Of a stretch of 64,000 bases of DNA, positions 28,148 to 37,394 are shown piece after piece; the first letter of the stretch is position 1, and each line of letters opens with the position of its first letter. Under the pieces are notes generated by a model. The model saw only the letters and a program-made list of their open reading frames with translations. It was not told where the DNA came from and searched no databases. A program made the translations under genes and the position numbers. Origin of the DNA: Candidatus Woesearchaeota archaeon (GTDB taxonomy: Archaea; Nanobdellota; Nanobdellia; Woesearchaeales; DSVV01); contig JABJHR010000010.1 in NCBI GenBank assembly GCA_018661705.1, positions 66,911 through 130,910 of the forward strand, read 5' to 3'.

Positions 28148-28302
28148 TTTGATGGCAATGTCAAACTAATTGTGTTTGCCTACTATTTGTCATTTTCATA
28201 ATTTAATGCTTTAGCATACTTTGTTGTCTACCACATTGAGGCGAAGCAAGATGGTTGGTAGGCTGAAAATGGCTGGCAACACATATAACATAACATTGCC
28301 AT
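28148..28302. other. structured intergenic segment with long-range inverted repeats (candidate ncRNA)
   Basis: GATGGCAATGT...ACATTGCCATG ends; TGTGTTTGCC/GGCAACACA, GCCTAC/GTAGGC and GTCATTTTC/GAAAATGGC pairings. Confidence 0.35.
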
Positions 28303-28373
28303 GTTTGTTAGTCTTGTTAATTTAAGTGTATTAATCATGAATGGGTGCCTTTTACACTTGAATCCATAAAAAT

Positions 28374-28446
28374 CCGGGAAAGTGCCTCATCCCACATTAA
28401 AGTGTGGGGTATGATGAGGCACTTTCCCGGATTTTTAGGATCCCAT
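28374..28446. other. 30-bp near-perfect palindrome/hairpin AAAAATCCGGGAAAGTGCCTCATCCCACA-TTAAAG-TGTGGGGTATGATGAGGCACTTTCCCGGATTTTT
   Basis: Read directly; followed by a second hairpin, CCCATGAAAGCA ... TGCTTTCATGTGG (28455-28525). Confidence 0.6.
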
Positions 28447-28625
28447 GAAAGCATTATGCGGCACAGGACCACATCCAGAACCTAAATGATCTGGTATTGT
28501 GCTTTCATGTGGATAAGGGTAACTTTTATAAAACAAAAGGCCTTTCTTCCTATAATTATATCTCTATTATGAGATATACTCAAATAACGTACATTATAAT
28601 AATGAAGCAAACAAGGTGAGACCAA

Positions 28626-29033
28626 ATGACAGGAGATAATACAGGAATTGAATATATTGCAAGTGGAGCATCAGCTGTAGAAGCACAAAAGAAATTAGAT
28701 GCTATGAAGAAAAAAGGAACAAAAGGAGCAAAACCATACAAGGTAGAGTATTTTGTTGAATTTACTGGAATTAAACCAGATACACAAGGTCAAGTTTTTG
28801 CAGGAGATAGAAGTACTGACAGCGGAAGAGCTTATGATAATGCCATGGCAAAAACAGGTTGTAATACTTTGGCAGAATTAACTGATAAATATGCTGCAAC
28901 TTTTAAGGTAATTGGTCATTGGGGAAATCAACCAGCTAAAAAAGACGCAAAAGATCCATCTTGTAGAAGTCCTTCTGGTAGTGTAATTGATACAACTAGA
29001 AGAACAGAAGATCTTACATACAAATTATTTTAA
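28626..29033 (+). CDS. hypothetical protein
   Basis: 135-aa ORF, AGGTGAGA ribosome-binding-site-like sequence upstream. Confidence 0.4.
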   Translation: MTGDNTGIEYIASGASAVEAQKKLDAMKKKGTKGAKPYKVEYFVEFTGIKPDTQGQVFAGDRSTDSGRAYDNAMAKTGCNTLAELTDKYAATFKVIGHWGNQPAKKDAKDPSCRSPSGSVIDTTRRTEDLTYKLF

Positions 29034-29133
29034 TTATTATTTTATCTTATTTTATTATTTTTCACAAAAAAGTGTTTTGAGACTTCTTACTTAATTAAAG
29101 TATAAAAACATAACGGAGAAAAACTAATATAAA

Positions 29134-30693
29134 ATGACATCACCATTCCCAAAGCAACTAACAGAAATGGTTAGAAAGAGAATTGAACGTAGTGACATCT
29201 TTTTTGGTAAAGAAGAAAGTTTTTACAAACGAGCATATGATACTGCTGTTCACGGAAGAGATTTTTTTAGTTATGGTTTTTCTGGCTGTTTGTACACTGG
29301 AAATTTTGCACCTTATCAACATGAAATGGAGTTAGATGGATATAAAGGATTTAATTGTACAACTGTTATTCCTTCTTTATACACTTTTTGTGATCTTTTT
29401 GAATTACAACCAAGAATTGTTCAATTTATTAATTTTAGAGATATAAAAAAAACAAAAGAAGCACAAAAAAAACCAGAACCATTATCAAGTTCACATTACG
29501 GAATAATTGTAAAAGTAAAGGGTCAAGATTATTTTGTTGATCCATATCATTCTAGATTTGGTAAAATAAAAGAATTTACAGGTACATATATGGAAGTTGG
29601 TAAAAGTAGATCAACAAAAGCAGTTAGAAGAGAATTCCAACAAATTATTCCTTATACTCCTGAACAATTTGTAGAAATGATGGATCATCTCAGAACTCCC
29701 GAAGGTTCATTGGAAATGTTAATTGCAGGTCAAGAAATTAAAAAAGGGGGATATTATGGTGGTTTTAGGGATTGTAAAATAATGCTTCATTATTTTGATG
29801 ATGTAAATGAAGTTAGAGTTAGATTAGAAATACCACAACCAAACATACAAGATAAAATTGTTTACAACCATATGTTTTTTGATGACGAAGGAGAAATAAC
29901 AGGACAATCAACTGAATTACTTGTTACTGAATTAGCATATTGGGATGATTTAATAGATCCAACATCAATTGCAAAAGGAACTTTGCCTTTTATGAAATCA
30001 ATTGATACATTACTTAAAGATAAAATTGATCTAAAAAAATCACCACGTTTAGGGCCGTTTTTTATGCAGCCAGATAATCAGGGTTTGTTTGGAATGATTG
30101 AACAAGAAATGTTAACTGATTTTACACAAAGAACTCCTGGTTCAGAAGCACTAATAAGGATGATTCTTGCAAGAACATTATATGAAACAGAAGCTCCTGA
30201 AAAAGAATATTTGTTTGATGAAGGAGCAAGAACAGCAGATTTAAGAAAGAAATTAGAACAATGGAGAGTAATGGGTGCTAAGTTTGTTACTCATCCTGAT
30301 GAAGTAGAACGATTAGATATTTCAGTTGGTTTATTTAATCCTGATAAAGAATATAAAAGACGAAATCGAAGAATAACAAGGGCTAGATCAAGAAGACATA
30401 GAAAAATTGATGAGAATTTTGGGGATGATCTTAATTTAAGAGGCGTTAGCAGAGAAAAACACGATAGAGTAATGGATATGGTTTTATATGCAAAACAATT
30501 AGGAAATATTTCTGTTGATGAATTAAATGCAAGAGTAAAAGAAAGAAATGTTAATCCAAGTTTTGGTTATTTGGCAATGGTTGCTGATTTTATCCCTTCA
30601 ATTTTAGGGGCTGAAAAACTTTTAACATTAGAACCTTTTATGGATGATATCAAAGCAAAAATTAAGGCAAGAAGAGCATTTTTGAAAAAATAA
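29134..30693 (+). CDS. hypothetical protein; possible papain-fold (transglutaminase/NAT-like) Cys-His enzyme
   Basis: 519 aa; GFNCTTVIPSLY...HYGIIVKV...DYFVDPYH gives a Cys...His...Asp order. Weak. Confidence 0.35.
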   Translation: MTSPFPKQLTEMVRKRIERSDIFFGKEESFYKRAYDTAVHGRDFFSYGFSGCLYTGNFAPYQHEMELDGYKGFNCTTVIPSLYTFCDLFELQPRIVQFINFRDIKKTKEAQKKPEPLSSSHYGIIVKVKGQDYFVDPYHSRFGKIKEFTGTYMEVGKSRSTKAVRREFQQIIPYTPEQFVEMMDHLRTPEGSLEMLIAGQEIKKGGYYGGFRDCKIMLHYFDDVNEVRVRLEIPQPNIQDKIVYNHMFFDDEGEITGQSTELLVTELAYWDDLIDPTSIAKGTLPFMKSIDTLLKDKIDLKKSPRLGPFFMQPDNQGLFGMIEQEMLTDFTQRTPGSEALIRMILARTLYETEAPEKEYLFDEGARTADLRKKLEQWRVMGAKFVTHPDEVERLDISVGLFNPDKEYKRRNRRITRARSRRHRKIDENFGDDLNLRGVSREKHDRVMDMVLYAKQLGNISVDELNARVKERNVNPSFGYLAMVADFIPSILGAEKLLTLEPFMDDIKAKIKARRAFLKK

Positions 30694-30734
30694 TTTTAGT
30701 TTTTCTAGTAATATATAGGGTTATAACGCCTTTC

Positions 30735-30780
30735 TACAATTGCGGATGCTTCTTTTTTCACTAGGATTTTTTCTATTTTC
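30735..30780 (-). repeat. Repeat family A, 5'-half fragment (reverse orientation)
   Basis: ACAATTGCGGATGCTTCTTTTTTCACTAGGATTTTT is the reverse complement of the A 5' end ...TAGTGAAAAAAGAAGCATCCGCAATTGT. Confidence 0.55.
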
Positions 30781-30911
30781 AGTTTTACTAAGATTGTAGT
30801 GAGAAAGAAGGGATTATCCCCTCAAAGTCCCCATTCAACCATCCTTTTACTATCATTAAATACTAAAACCGTACCCAAAGGCTTATATACTCCTGTTCTA
30901 TTCTATAACTG

Positions 30912-32108
30912 ATGAATTATAACAAAATACTTGATTTTCTGTACAAAAAAGGGATACACACAGTAGATTTGGGTCTAGAAAGAGTTAAAATGCTATTAGA
31001 GAAGTTAGGCAACCCTCATTTAGATTTAAACGTTATTCTTGTGGGTGGAACAAATGGAAAGGGAAGTACAGCTACAATGATTAGTTCTATCCTTCAGGAA
31101 GCTAGTTTTAAGGTTGGGCAGTATAGTTCTCCTCATTTGATCAGATTTACAGAAAGATTTAGAGTAAATGGAGAAGAAATTTTAAAAAAGGATATTGAAA
31201 AGATCTTTGATCAGGTAAAACCACATATTACAGACCAAACTTATTTTGAAATCATAACTGTTATGGCATATCTTTACTTTAAGGAAGAAGAAGTAGATTT
31301 TGCAATTATGGAAGTTGGTATGGGTGGAAGATTAGATGCAACAAATGTAGTTGATCCAATGGTTTCTGTTATTACAAATGTTTCTTTAGAACATACTCAA
31401 CATTTAGGAAAAACAGTTGAAGCAATAACTTTTGAGAAAGCAGGAATTATTAGAGAAGGTGGTTATGCTGTAACTGCAGCAGAAGGTGAAGCTTTAGAGA
31501 TTCTTCAACAAATTGCTATGAAAAGACAAGCAACTTTATTGGTTGCAACACCAACTGGCTTAGAATTAGGATTAATGGGTGAGTTTCAAAAAACAAACGC
31601 AGGAATTGCAATTAAAACAACAAAATCGTTAAAACATTTCGGAGTAGAGATTCCAAAGATTGCTTTTGTTAATGGTTTGTCTAAAGCAAGGTGGCCTGGA
31701 AGGTTTGAGTTATTCAGAAGAAACATTATAATGGATTGTGCACATAATGTTGCAGGTGTTGAAATTTTAATGGAAGAATTAACAGCGCTAAAAGAAGATT
31801 ATGAATATGAAAAAATGCATCTTGTATTTGGTGCAATGGAAGATAAAGATTACAAATCAATGATTTCTATTTTAGAACCAATGTTTGATAAGATTATTTT
31901 TACAAGACCTTTGGGTGAAAGAGGAGAAATGAAAGAAAGATCTGCTGATCCAAAAGTAATGGCCAAATTAGTTGATGACCATAAAAAAGTAATTATTTTA
32001 GAATCACCGACAGAAGCATTCAAGAAAGCAAAATCATTAACATCAGAGGAAGATTTAATGGTTGTTTGTGGTAGTTGTTTTCTGGTTGGGGATTTGATAA
32101 GGGGATAG
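30912..32108 (+). CDS. folC: folylpolyglutamate synthase / dihydrofolate synthase (Mur ligase family)
   Basis: P-loop VILVGGTNGKGST and Mur-ligase central/C-terminal pattern; 398 aa. Confidence 0.8.
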   Translation: MNYNKILDFLYKKGIHTVDLGLERVKMLLEKLGNPHLDLNVILVGGTNGKGSTATMISSILQEASFKVGQYSSPHLIRFTERFRVNGEEILKKDIEKIFDQVKPHITDQTYFEIITVMAYLYFKEEEVDFAIMEVGMGGRLDATNVVDPMVSVITNVSLEHTQHLGKTVEAITFEKAGIIREGGYAVTAAEGEALEILQQIAMKRQATLLVATPTGLELGLMGEFQKTNAGIAIKTTKSLKHFGVEIPKIAFVNGLSKARWPGRFELFRRNIIMDCAHNVAGVEILMEELTALKEDYEYEKMHLVFGAMEDKDYKSMISILEPMFDKIIFTRPLGERGEMKERSADPKVMAKLVDDHKKVIILESPTEAFKKAKSLTSEEDLMVVCGSCFLVGDLIRG

Positions 32109-32114
32109 AATTAA

Positions 32115-32873
32115 TTAGTTGTTTTCATAACTTCTTGCTCTTTTTTCAAGTTCTTCTTGAGATCTTCTAAGTTCTTCACCTAGTTTTTTTGAATTTTTTA
32201 TGTTTTGCTGAACTTGCACTATACAACCCTCTAGTTGCCTGTACAATGCATCAGTAATACTAACAAAGGATGCTTTATCTGTTGTTTCTCTATATTTTGG
32301 TTGTAAAATAGAATACATTTTTCCTTTTACACTTTTTATTTTTCTCTTTAATAAATAATTTCTAATTTTTCCAACTATTCTCATAGGGGATAGATTATAT
32401 TTTAATTTAGTTGTACCATTTCTTACTGCATAATATGCTGAATGTGCAGGAATAAAATTATCAAAAAAAGACAAAAGTCTTGAATTTGGTGATTTTTCTT
32501 TTAATTCTTCTTTAAGTTTTTCTGCAGTATTAGTTTCTCTTATAGATTCTGCAGCGTAAATAGCTCTACAGTATGCATATTTTGTATCTTCTTCTTTTGC
32601 TTTTTTTATAATAACATCAAGAAACTGTTTTCGAAGATAGTAATTCTCAATTAATGGGAGACATTCAACAGCAGCGCCTTGATTTTTTTTAAATATCCCT
32701 GAATTAAGTATAGTTTCATCTAAATCTTTATCATAATCAATATTACATGAGCCACATTCACCTGAAGACTCAAGTATTCTAGAAAGGTCTCTTTTTCTAA
32801 TTCTTAGCTCTAACTCATATGCCCTATAAAGTTCAAGTATTTCTTCTTCTAGATTAACTTTTTTATTTGCCAT
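32115..32873 (-). CDS. hypothetical coiled-coil protein
   Basis: 252-aa ORF, charged helical. Confidence 0.4.
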   Translation of the reverse strand: MANKKVNLEEEILELYRAYELELRIRKRDLSRILESSGECGSCNIDYDKDLDETILNSGIFKKNQGAAVECLPLIENYYLRKQFLDVIIKKAKEEDTKYAYCRAIYAAESIRETNTAEKLKEELKEKSPNSRLLSFFDNFIPAHSAYYAVRNGTTKLKYNLSPMRIVGKIRNYLLKRKIKSVKGKMYSILQPKYRETTDKASFVSITDALYRQLEGCIVQVQQNIKNSKKLGEELRRSQEELEKRARSYENN

Positions 32874-32878
32874 TTTAT

Positions 32879-34234
32879 TTATCTTCTAGCAATTACTATT
32901 TCTGTTTTATGTGGATCATAAGCAATAATTAGGTTTGGATCTTTATTTTGATCTCTTGGAAAATATTTTTGAGCTACTCTTTTAATATCCTTTGGAGTAA
33001 TTGCTTTTATTTTTTCAGCTTCATCTGATAAACTAAATCCTCTCTTTTTGTACAATTGAGTTAAACGTAGCATTCCATCATTAAGTGGATCTTTGTCACT
33101 ATTTACAGAGGAGATTAAGCTTGCAAGACAATTTCTTTTAAAGATTGATAAATAACCTTCATTCATTTGTGATTCTTCTAAATCCTGTAAATCTCGTATT
33201 AAAGAAAAGACCTCTTTAACACATTTTTGCCAGTATCTTGCGTGTGGATTAATATCTATTCTGAACAATCCTGCGTCTTCTTTAATGCTGTCAGCTGCAC
33301 TATAATTACAACTACCTGAGTAAGTTAAGCCCCATTGTTCTCTAATCTGCCTATAAACAGGAGATTCAGATTCAGCAATATCAAACAAGTGTGTCATTAA
33401 TTGAATAACTGTAATATCAAAACTATTTTCTGGTTGTATTGGAAACGCAATCATTAAATTTGCATTACTTTCTTCTCGGTTAGTAGGATTAATAAGTCCC
33501 GGCGAAGCAATATGACTATAGTAAGGAATGTTTAGGTATTCTATAACTCTTTCTTTAGTTTTTATTGGTGTTCCTGGTGTAAGTCCACCAAAACATCTAG
33601 TAATTTGTTCTTCAATATCTTCTGGTAAATTCCCAACTAAATATAACTCCATGTTGTTTGATATGTGTGTTCTTGAAAAATATGCTTTTAATGCTGCTGG
33701 TGTTATTCTTGAAATTTCTTTTTCTGTTCCCGATAATAAAATAGGTTCATTTCTTCCTTCAATAATTTGAAAGATCTGACTATCAACACTTTTACCAGAA
33801 TATAACCTCTCAGCAGTTTCTCTTAAAATGACTTTTCCTTCTTCTTCACAGATTTTTCTATCAAACTCTGGATCTGTGAATGTGGTTCCAAATGCTTCTA
33901 AGAATACACTAATTTGGTCAGAAAACCCTTGTACTCCATATTCAATTCTATGGTGACTTGTTCCACCATTTGAAACTGTTCCAATTGGCATCCCTTTTTC
34001 CTTACCTCTGATTCTAGCTTCACGTACTATTACATGTTCAAGAAAGTGTGCTACACCTTCTTCTCCTGGGTTTTCATCTATTGCTCCATTATTTACAACT
34101 AATTTACCCGAAAAAAGAGGTTCACCTGAATCATATATGACTACTTCTAACCCATTATCAAGTGTAAATTCTCTATATCTACTCATATCTAATATGTAGT
34201 TTTGCCCCATATCTTCTTTCAGGTAATCACCCAT
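32879..34234 (-). CDS. M16-family (pitrilysin/insulinase-like) zinc peptidase
   Basis: Inverted zinc motif GVAHFLEHVIV (HxxEH) near the N-terminus; 451 aa. Confidence 0.7.
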   Translation of the reverse strand: MGDYLKEDMGQNYILDMSRYREFTLDNGLEVVIYDSGEPLFSGKLVVNNGAIDENPGEEGVAHFLEHVIVREARIRGKEKGMPIGTVSNGGTSHHRIEYGVQGFSDQISVFLEAFGTTFTDPEFDRKICEEEGKVILRETAERLYSGKSVDSQIFQIIEGRNEPILLSGTEKEISRITPAALKAYFSRTHISNNMELYLVGNLPEDIEEQITRCFGGLTPGTPIKTKERVIEYLNIPYYSHIASPGLINPTNREESNANLMIAFPIQPENSFDITVIQLMTHLFDIAESESPVYRQIREQWGLTYSGSCNYSAADSIKEDAGLFRIDINPHARYWQKCVKEVFSLIRDLQDLEESQMNEGYLSIFKRNCLASLISSVNSDKDPLNDGMLRLTQLYKKRGFSLSDEAEKIKAITPKDIKRVAQKYFPRDQNKDPNLIIAYDPHKTEIVIARR

Positions 34235-34308
34235 ATATAAATGTTTTCATTATTAACCACTTTCAAGTAGTTAACACAATAACATTTATAAATAAACCTG
34301 GGTTTCCT

Positions 34309-35427
34309 GTGTATATGCATTTCACAGAATCAGACCTTAAAGAAAGATATCTAGAGAAATTACTTAGCTCTGCAAAGGCAACAGCTGCTGAACCAAAAGT
34401 AATTAGGTGGTTATCTCAAATGGGTAGGGGTGCCACTGAAGCACACGTAAAAGATTTTTTAGGTTCTATTGCTACTAATAAAATGATTAAATTTCAGGAA
34501 AGAGCAATGAGAGAATATGCTGTTGAATGGGGGAATGTTTCAACAGCGCATAAAGAATTTGGCCTTTACAAAACAATTGCTGAATTTATGGGACCTCAGG
34601 AAGGTTTAGGTGTTGATTTTGGATGTGGTGTTGGTCATTTAATTGCTGAAATACAAAAACTAAACAAAACACCTATGTTAGGTATTGATCTTAATTCTTA
34701 TACTTTACAGTTAGCAGAACAATTGCTAAAATCAGAAGATCATGATGTTACAAGAATGTCTGACTCACATATTTCATTTGATCCAATGAAAGGATTTGTT
34801 TTAAGACCAGTTCCTTATTCATTAGATACACCTGTTGATTTATCAGGAATAAATTTATTATGTGAGGATTTTGCAGATATGAAAAACACAACAAGAGTTT
34901 TATACAATCAAGGTAGGAAAGCAGATTTTGCAACATTTACTTTAAGTGGTGGAAAAGAAACTTATGATTCTGGAAACTTTTTACGAGTATTAACTCCTGA
35001 ATTAGATGATATTCATTCAAAAAAAAGTCCGCATTATTTTATGGATACTATTATAAATAATCTTTACAGAGTTTGTCATTATGGTGCAAAAGTTTATTTT
35101 GCTATAAGGTTTCAAGCTTTAGCGAGTGATGGGGGAGAAATTGTTGAAGTTGGTGAAACAAGTAATGACTCTAATTTAGTCTTGCTTGAGGAAGTAGAAA
35201 AATTTCATAGAAATCATTTTCATGACAGATATAATGGGAAATTAGAACTTCTTAAATTTGGAATCACAGAAATGTTAGATGAAACTGGGTTTGATGGAAT
35301 TGGTTTAAATAAAGGTATTATTGGAAGCATAACAAGTGATGCTAGTGGCGGAGATTTAGATGAACAAGTTGTTAAGTTTGATCAATACAAAGTTGTTTTA
35401 ATTGAAGCCAGAGTTTTGGGGAAATAA
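34309..35427 (+). CDS. class I SAM-dependent methyltransferase
   Basis: Motif I GVDFGCGVGHLIAEI; 372 aa. Confidence 0.6.
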   Translation: MYMHFTESDLKERYLEKLLSSAKATAAEPKVIRWLSQMGRGATEAHVKDFLGSIATNKMIKFQERAMREYAVEWGNVSTAHKEFGLYKTIAEFMGPQEGLGVDFGCGVGHLIAEIQKLNKTPMLGIDLNSYTLQLAEQLLKSEDHDVTRMSDSHISFDPMKGFVLRPVPYSLDTPVDLSGINLLCEDFADMKNTTRVLYNQGRKADFATFTLSGGKETYDSGNFLRVLTPELDDIHSKKSPHYFMDTIINNLYRVCHYGAKVYFAIRFQALASDGGEIVEVGETSNDSNLVLLEEVEKFHRNHFHDRYNGKLELLKFGITEMLDETGFDGIGLNKGIIGSITSDASGGDLDEQVVKFDQYKVVLIEARVLGK

Positions 35428-35428
35428 A

Positions 35429-36481
35429 ATGCCATTAGAATATTGTTTAGCAGCAAAGTTAGAAGGATATGGTGGTACATGTAGTTTTATGACTCAAAAA
35501 CTTAAGGGTTTAACAGAAGCAAAAGTAGATGATAATCTTCAAGAAAATCCAAATGATCCAAAAGCTTATATTATAAAATCTTATGTTATGCTGCAAACAA
35601 GAGATCCTAATGCAATTGCTTTTACAGAAAGTGCAATTGATAAGTTTCCTGAGAGTGAAGTTTTATATCATGCATTAGGAATGCTTCAGGCACAAAACGG
35701 AGATAATAAACTTGCTTTGGAAGCATACAAAAAAGCATTTGAACTAAATCCAATTAGTCTTGAATCTGCAATAAGTGTTGGAACAATGTTAAATAGATTA
35801 GAAAGATATGAAGAAGCAAAATCATTTTTCTATAGAGCAATTGAACTTAACCCAGAACATGTTGGTTGTTGGGTAAGCCTTGCAAAGTCTGAATTGGAAA
35901 CAGGAGAATTAGAAAAAGCATTACAACATATGAGTGCAGCTGTTTATTGTGCAGAGTTTTCTGGTGAAAAGAATCATGAGATTGCTTGTTTATCTAATAG
36001 GATGGAACTTTATGATAAATTAGGAAATATTTCAGAATTATTAGATGATTTTGAAAGAGTTTATAATTTAGATCCCAGAAAAGCATCCCACACAATCTCT
36101 GGAATCATTACAAGTAGATTAGGATCAGATGATCTTTTAGTAGTTAAGGAATTAACAGAAGGTTTTGAAACAAGAATTCCAGGGTTTGGTGGTGATTATA
36201 ATTTTTATTCTGTTTTAGGTATTGTTTATGCAAAGTTAGGTGAACAAGATAAAATAGAAGGGTTAGCAAAAAGAGCAATGAGATTTGGAATGAATCCTTC
36301 ATCATTATATGGGTTAATTAATCAAGTTCTTGGTTATAATGTTCTTGGTGAAAGTTCTAAATCACAAAAAAAAACCAAAGAAAAAGGAACAACTGTAAAA
36401 ACAGATAAAAAAATAGGAAGAAATGCTTTATGTCCATGTGATAGTGGAAAGAAATTTAAGAAATGTTGTGGAAATCATTAA
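35429..36481 (+). CDS. TPR-repeat protein with C-terminal SEC-C zinc-binding motif
   Basis: Multiple TPR-like A..Y..A repeats; C-terminal CPCDSGKKFKKCCG. Start chosen at MPLEY; the track start at 35402 would overlap the previous gene. Confidence 0.55.
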   Translation: MPLEYCLAAKLEGYGGTCSFMTQKLKGLTEAKVDDNLQENPNDPKAYIIKSYVMLQTRDPNAIAFTESAIDKFPESEVLYHALGMLQAQNGDNKLALEAYKKAFELNPISLESAISVGTMLNRLERYEEAKSFFYRAIELNPEHVGCWVSLAKSELETGELEKALQHMSAAVYCAEFSGEKNHEIACLSNRMELYDKLGNISELLDDFERVYNLDPRKASHTISGIITSRLGSDDLLVVKELTEGFETRIPGFGGDYNFYSVLGIVYAKLGEQDKIEGLAKRAMRFGMNPSSLYGLINQVLGYNVLGESSKSQKKTKEKGTTVKTDKKIGRNALCPCDSGKKFKKCCGNH

Positions 36482-36638
36482 TTATAAGTTCTAAGTAATA
36501 AGTTTTAAGTTAGAACTAATTTCTCCAAAAATATTCCTAACACTATTTAAACTTCTTGGTGTTTTTCCGGCTGTCGTCGTAAATCTTTCAGAAAAAGCTT
36601 GATCGAACTTATTAAGATGTTTATCTTTAACTAATGAT

Positions 36639-36935
36639 ATGTATGAATTGGATGTAAAACCAAGGGCAGATAAGATTTTCTTTAAATTATCAAAAAAGAA
36701 TTCTATTATGCTAACAGCAATCCAGAAAAAAATAGATGAAATTAGATTAAATCCTCATCATGAGTATAAATTCCTGAGAAAACCACTACAAAAATTCAAT
36801 AGAGTTCATATAGATAAGCATTTTGTTTTAGTATTTAGAATTAATCACAATAACAGAGTTGTTGAAGTACATAATTTTGACCATCATGATTATATCTACA
36901 AATGGATACCAGTAATAACTTTACTATTCTTTTAA
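36639..36935 (+). CDS. RelE/ParE-family type II toxin
   Basis: 98 aa; ...KPLQKFNRVHIDKHFVLVFRINHNNRVVEVHNFDHHDYIY matches the RelE/YoeB C-terminal pattern. Confidence 0.6.
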   Translation: MYELDVKPRADKIFFKLSKKNSIMLTAIQKKIDEIRLNPHHEYKFLRKPLQKFNRVHIDKHFVLVFRINHNNRVVEVHNFDHHDYIYKWIPVITLLFF

Positions 36936-37157
36936 TCCGTATCTCTTTGCAAAATCTTTTACCCTTATACTCTTCTGTTTTTGTATTTTCTTCATTTCAG
37001 CAATAAATTCAGGTCTTAATTCAGGTTCTTCTTCTTCAATATATTTGCATACAATAAATTCTATTGCTTTTCCTTTGTCCTTAAGATCAAACTTTGCTTT
37101 AACAACATTCAAAACTCTATTTGTATTTTCATTAATCTGTACTAATGCTTGTACCAT
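36924..37157 (-). CDS. small DNA-binding-like protein, possible cognate antitoxin (convergent, overlapping the toxin 3' end)
   Basis: 77 aa; no antitoxin ORF exists upstream of the toxin (stop at 36600 in the toxin frame), so this convergent ORF is the only candidate partner. Confidence 0.3.
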   Translation of the reverse strand: MVQALVQINENTNRVLNVVKAKFDLKDKGKAIEFIVCKYIEEEEPELRPEFIAEMKKIQKQKSIRVKDFAKRYGLKE

Positions 37158-37235
37158 ATTAGCTCACCTTAGCTTAACTAAGTTAGGCTTATTTATATGT
37201 TTTTTGATTTTATGTGGTTCTTTTACTTTGAACAA

Positions 37236-37342
37236 AAAAAGTTTCGTGAGCTATATGTCCTTCGGACCTAGTGTTGTAGTGTGACATGCAGTGTAATACT
37301 CTTCAACAATTGCGGATGCTCCTTTTGTCACTAAGAATTTTA
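37236..37342 (-). repeat. Repeat family A, intact copy (A3, reverse orientation)
   Basis: Reverse complement reads AAAATTCTTAGTGACAAAAGGAGCATCCGCAATTGTTGAAGAGTATTACACTGCATGTCACACTACAACACTAGGTCCGAAGGACATATAGCTCACGAAAC...; downstream of the - gene 37395..39236. Confidence 0.7.
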
Positions 37343-37394
37343 GTTTTATTATAATTCTAATAGAAATAAATTAAAGAAAAAGAAAATAAAAAAA

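Noticed and set aside
28374-28446. 30-bp palindrome as a bidirectional intrinsic terminator
   Set aside because: The flanking genes are divergent (both start here), so no transcript ends at this site. Left as part of the structured intergenic finding.
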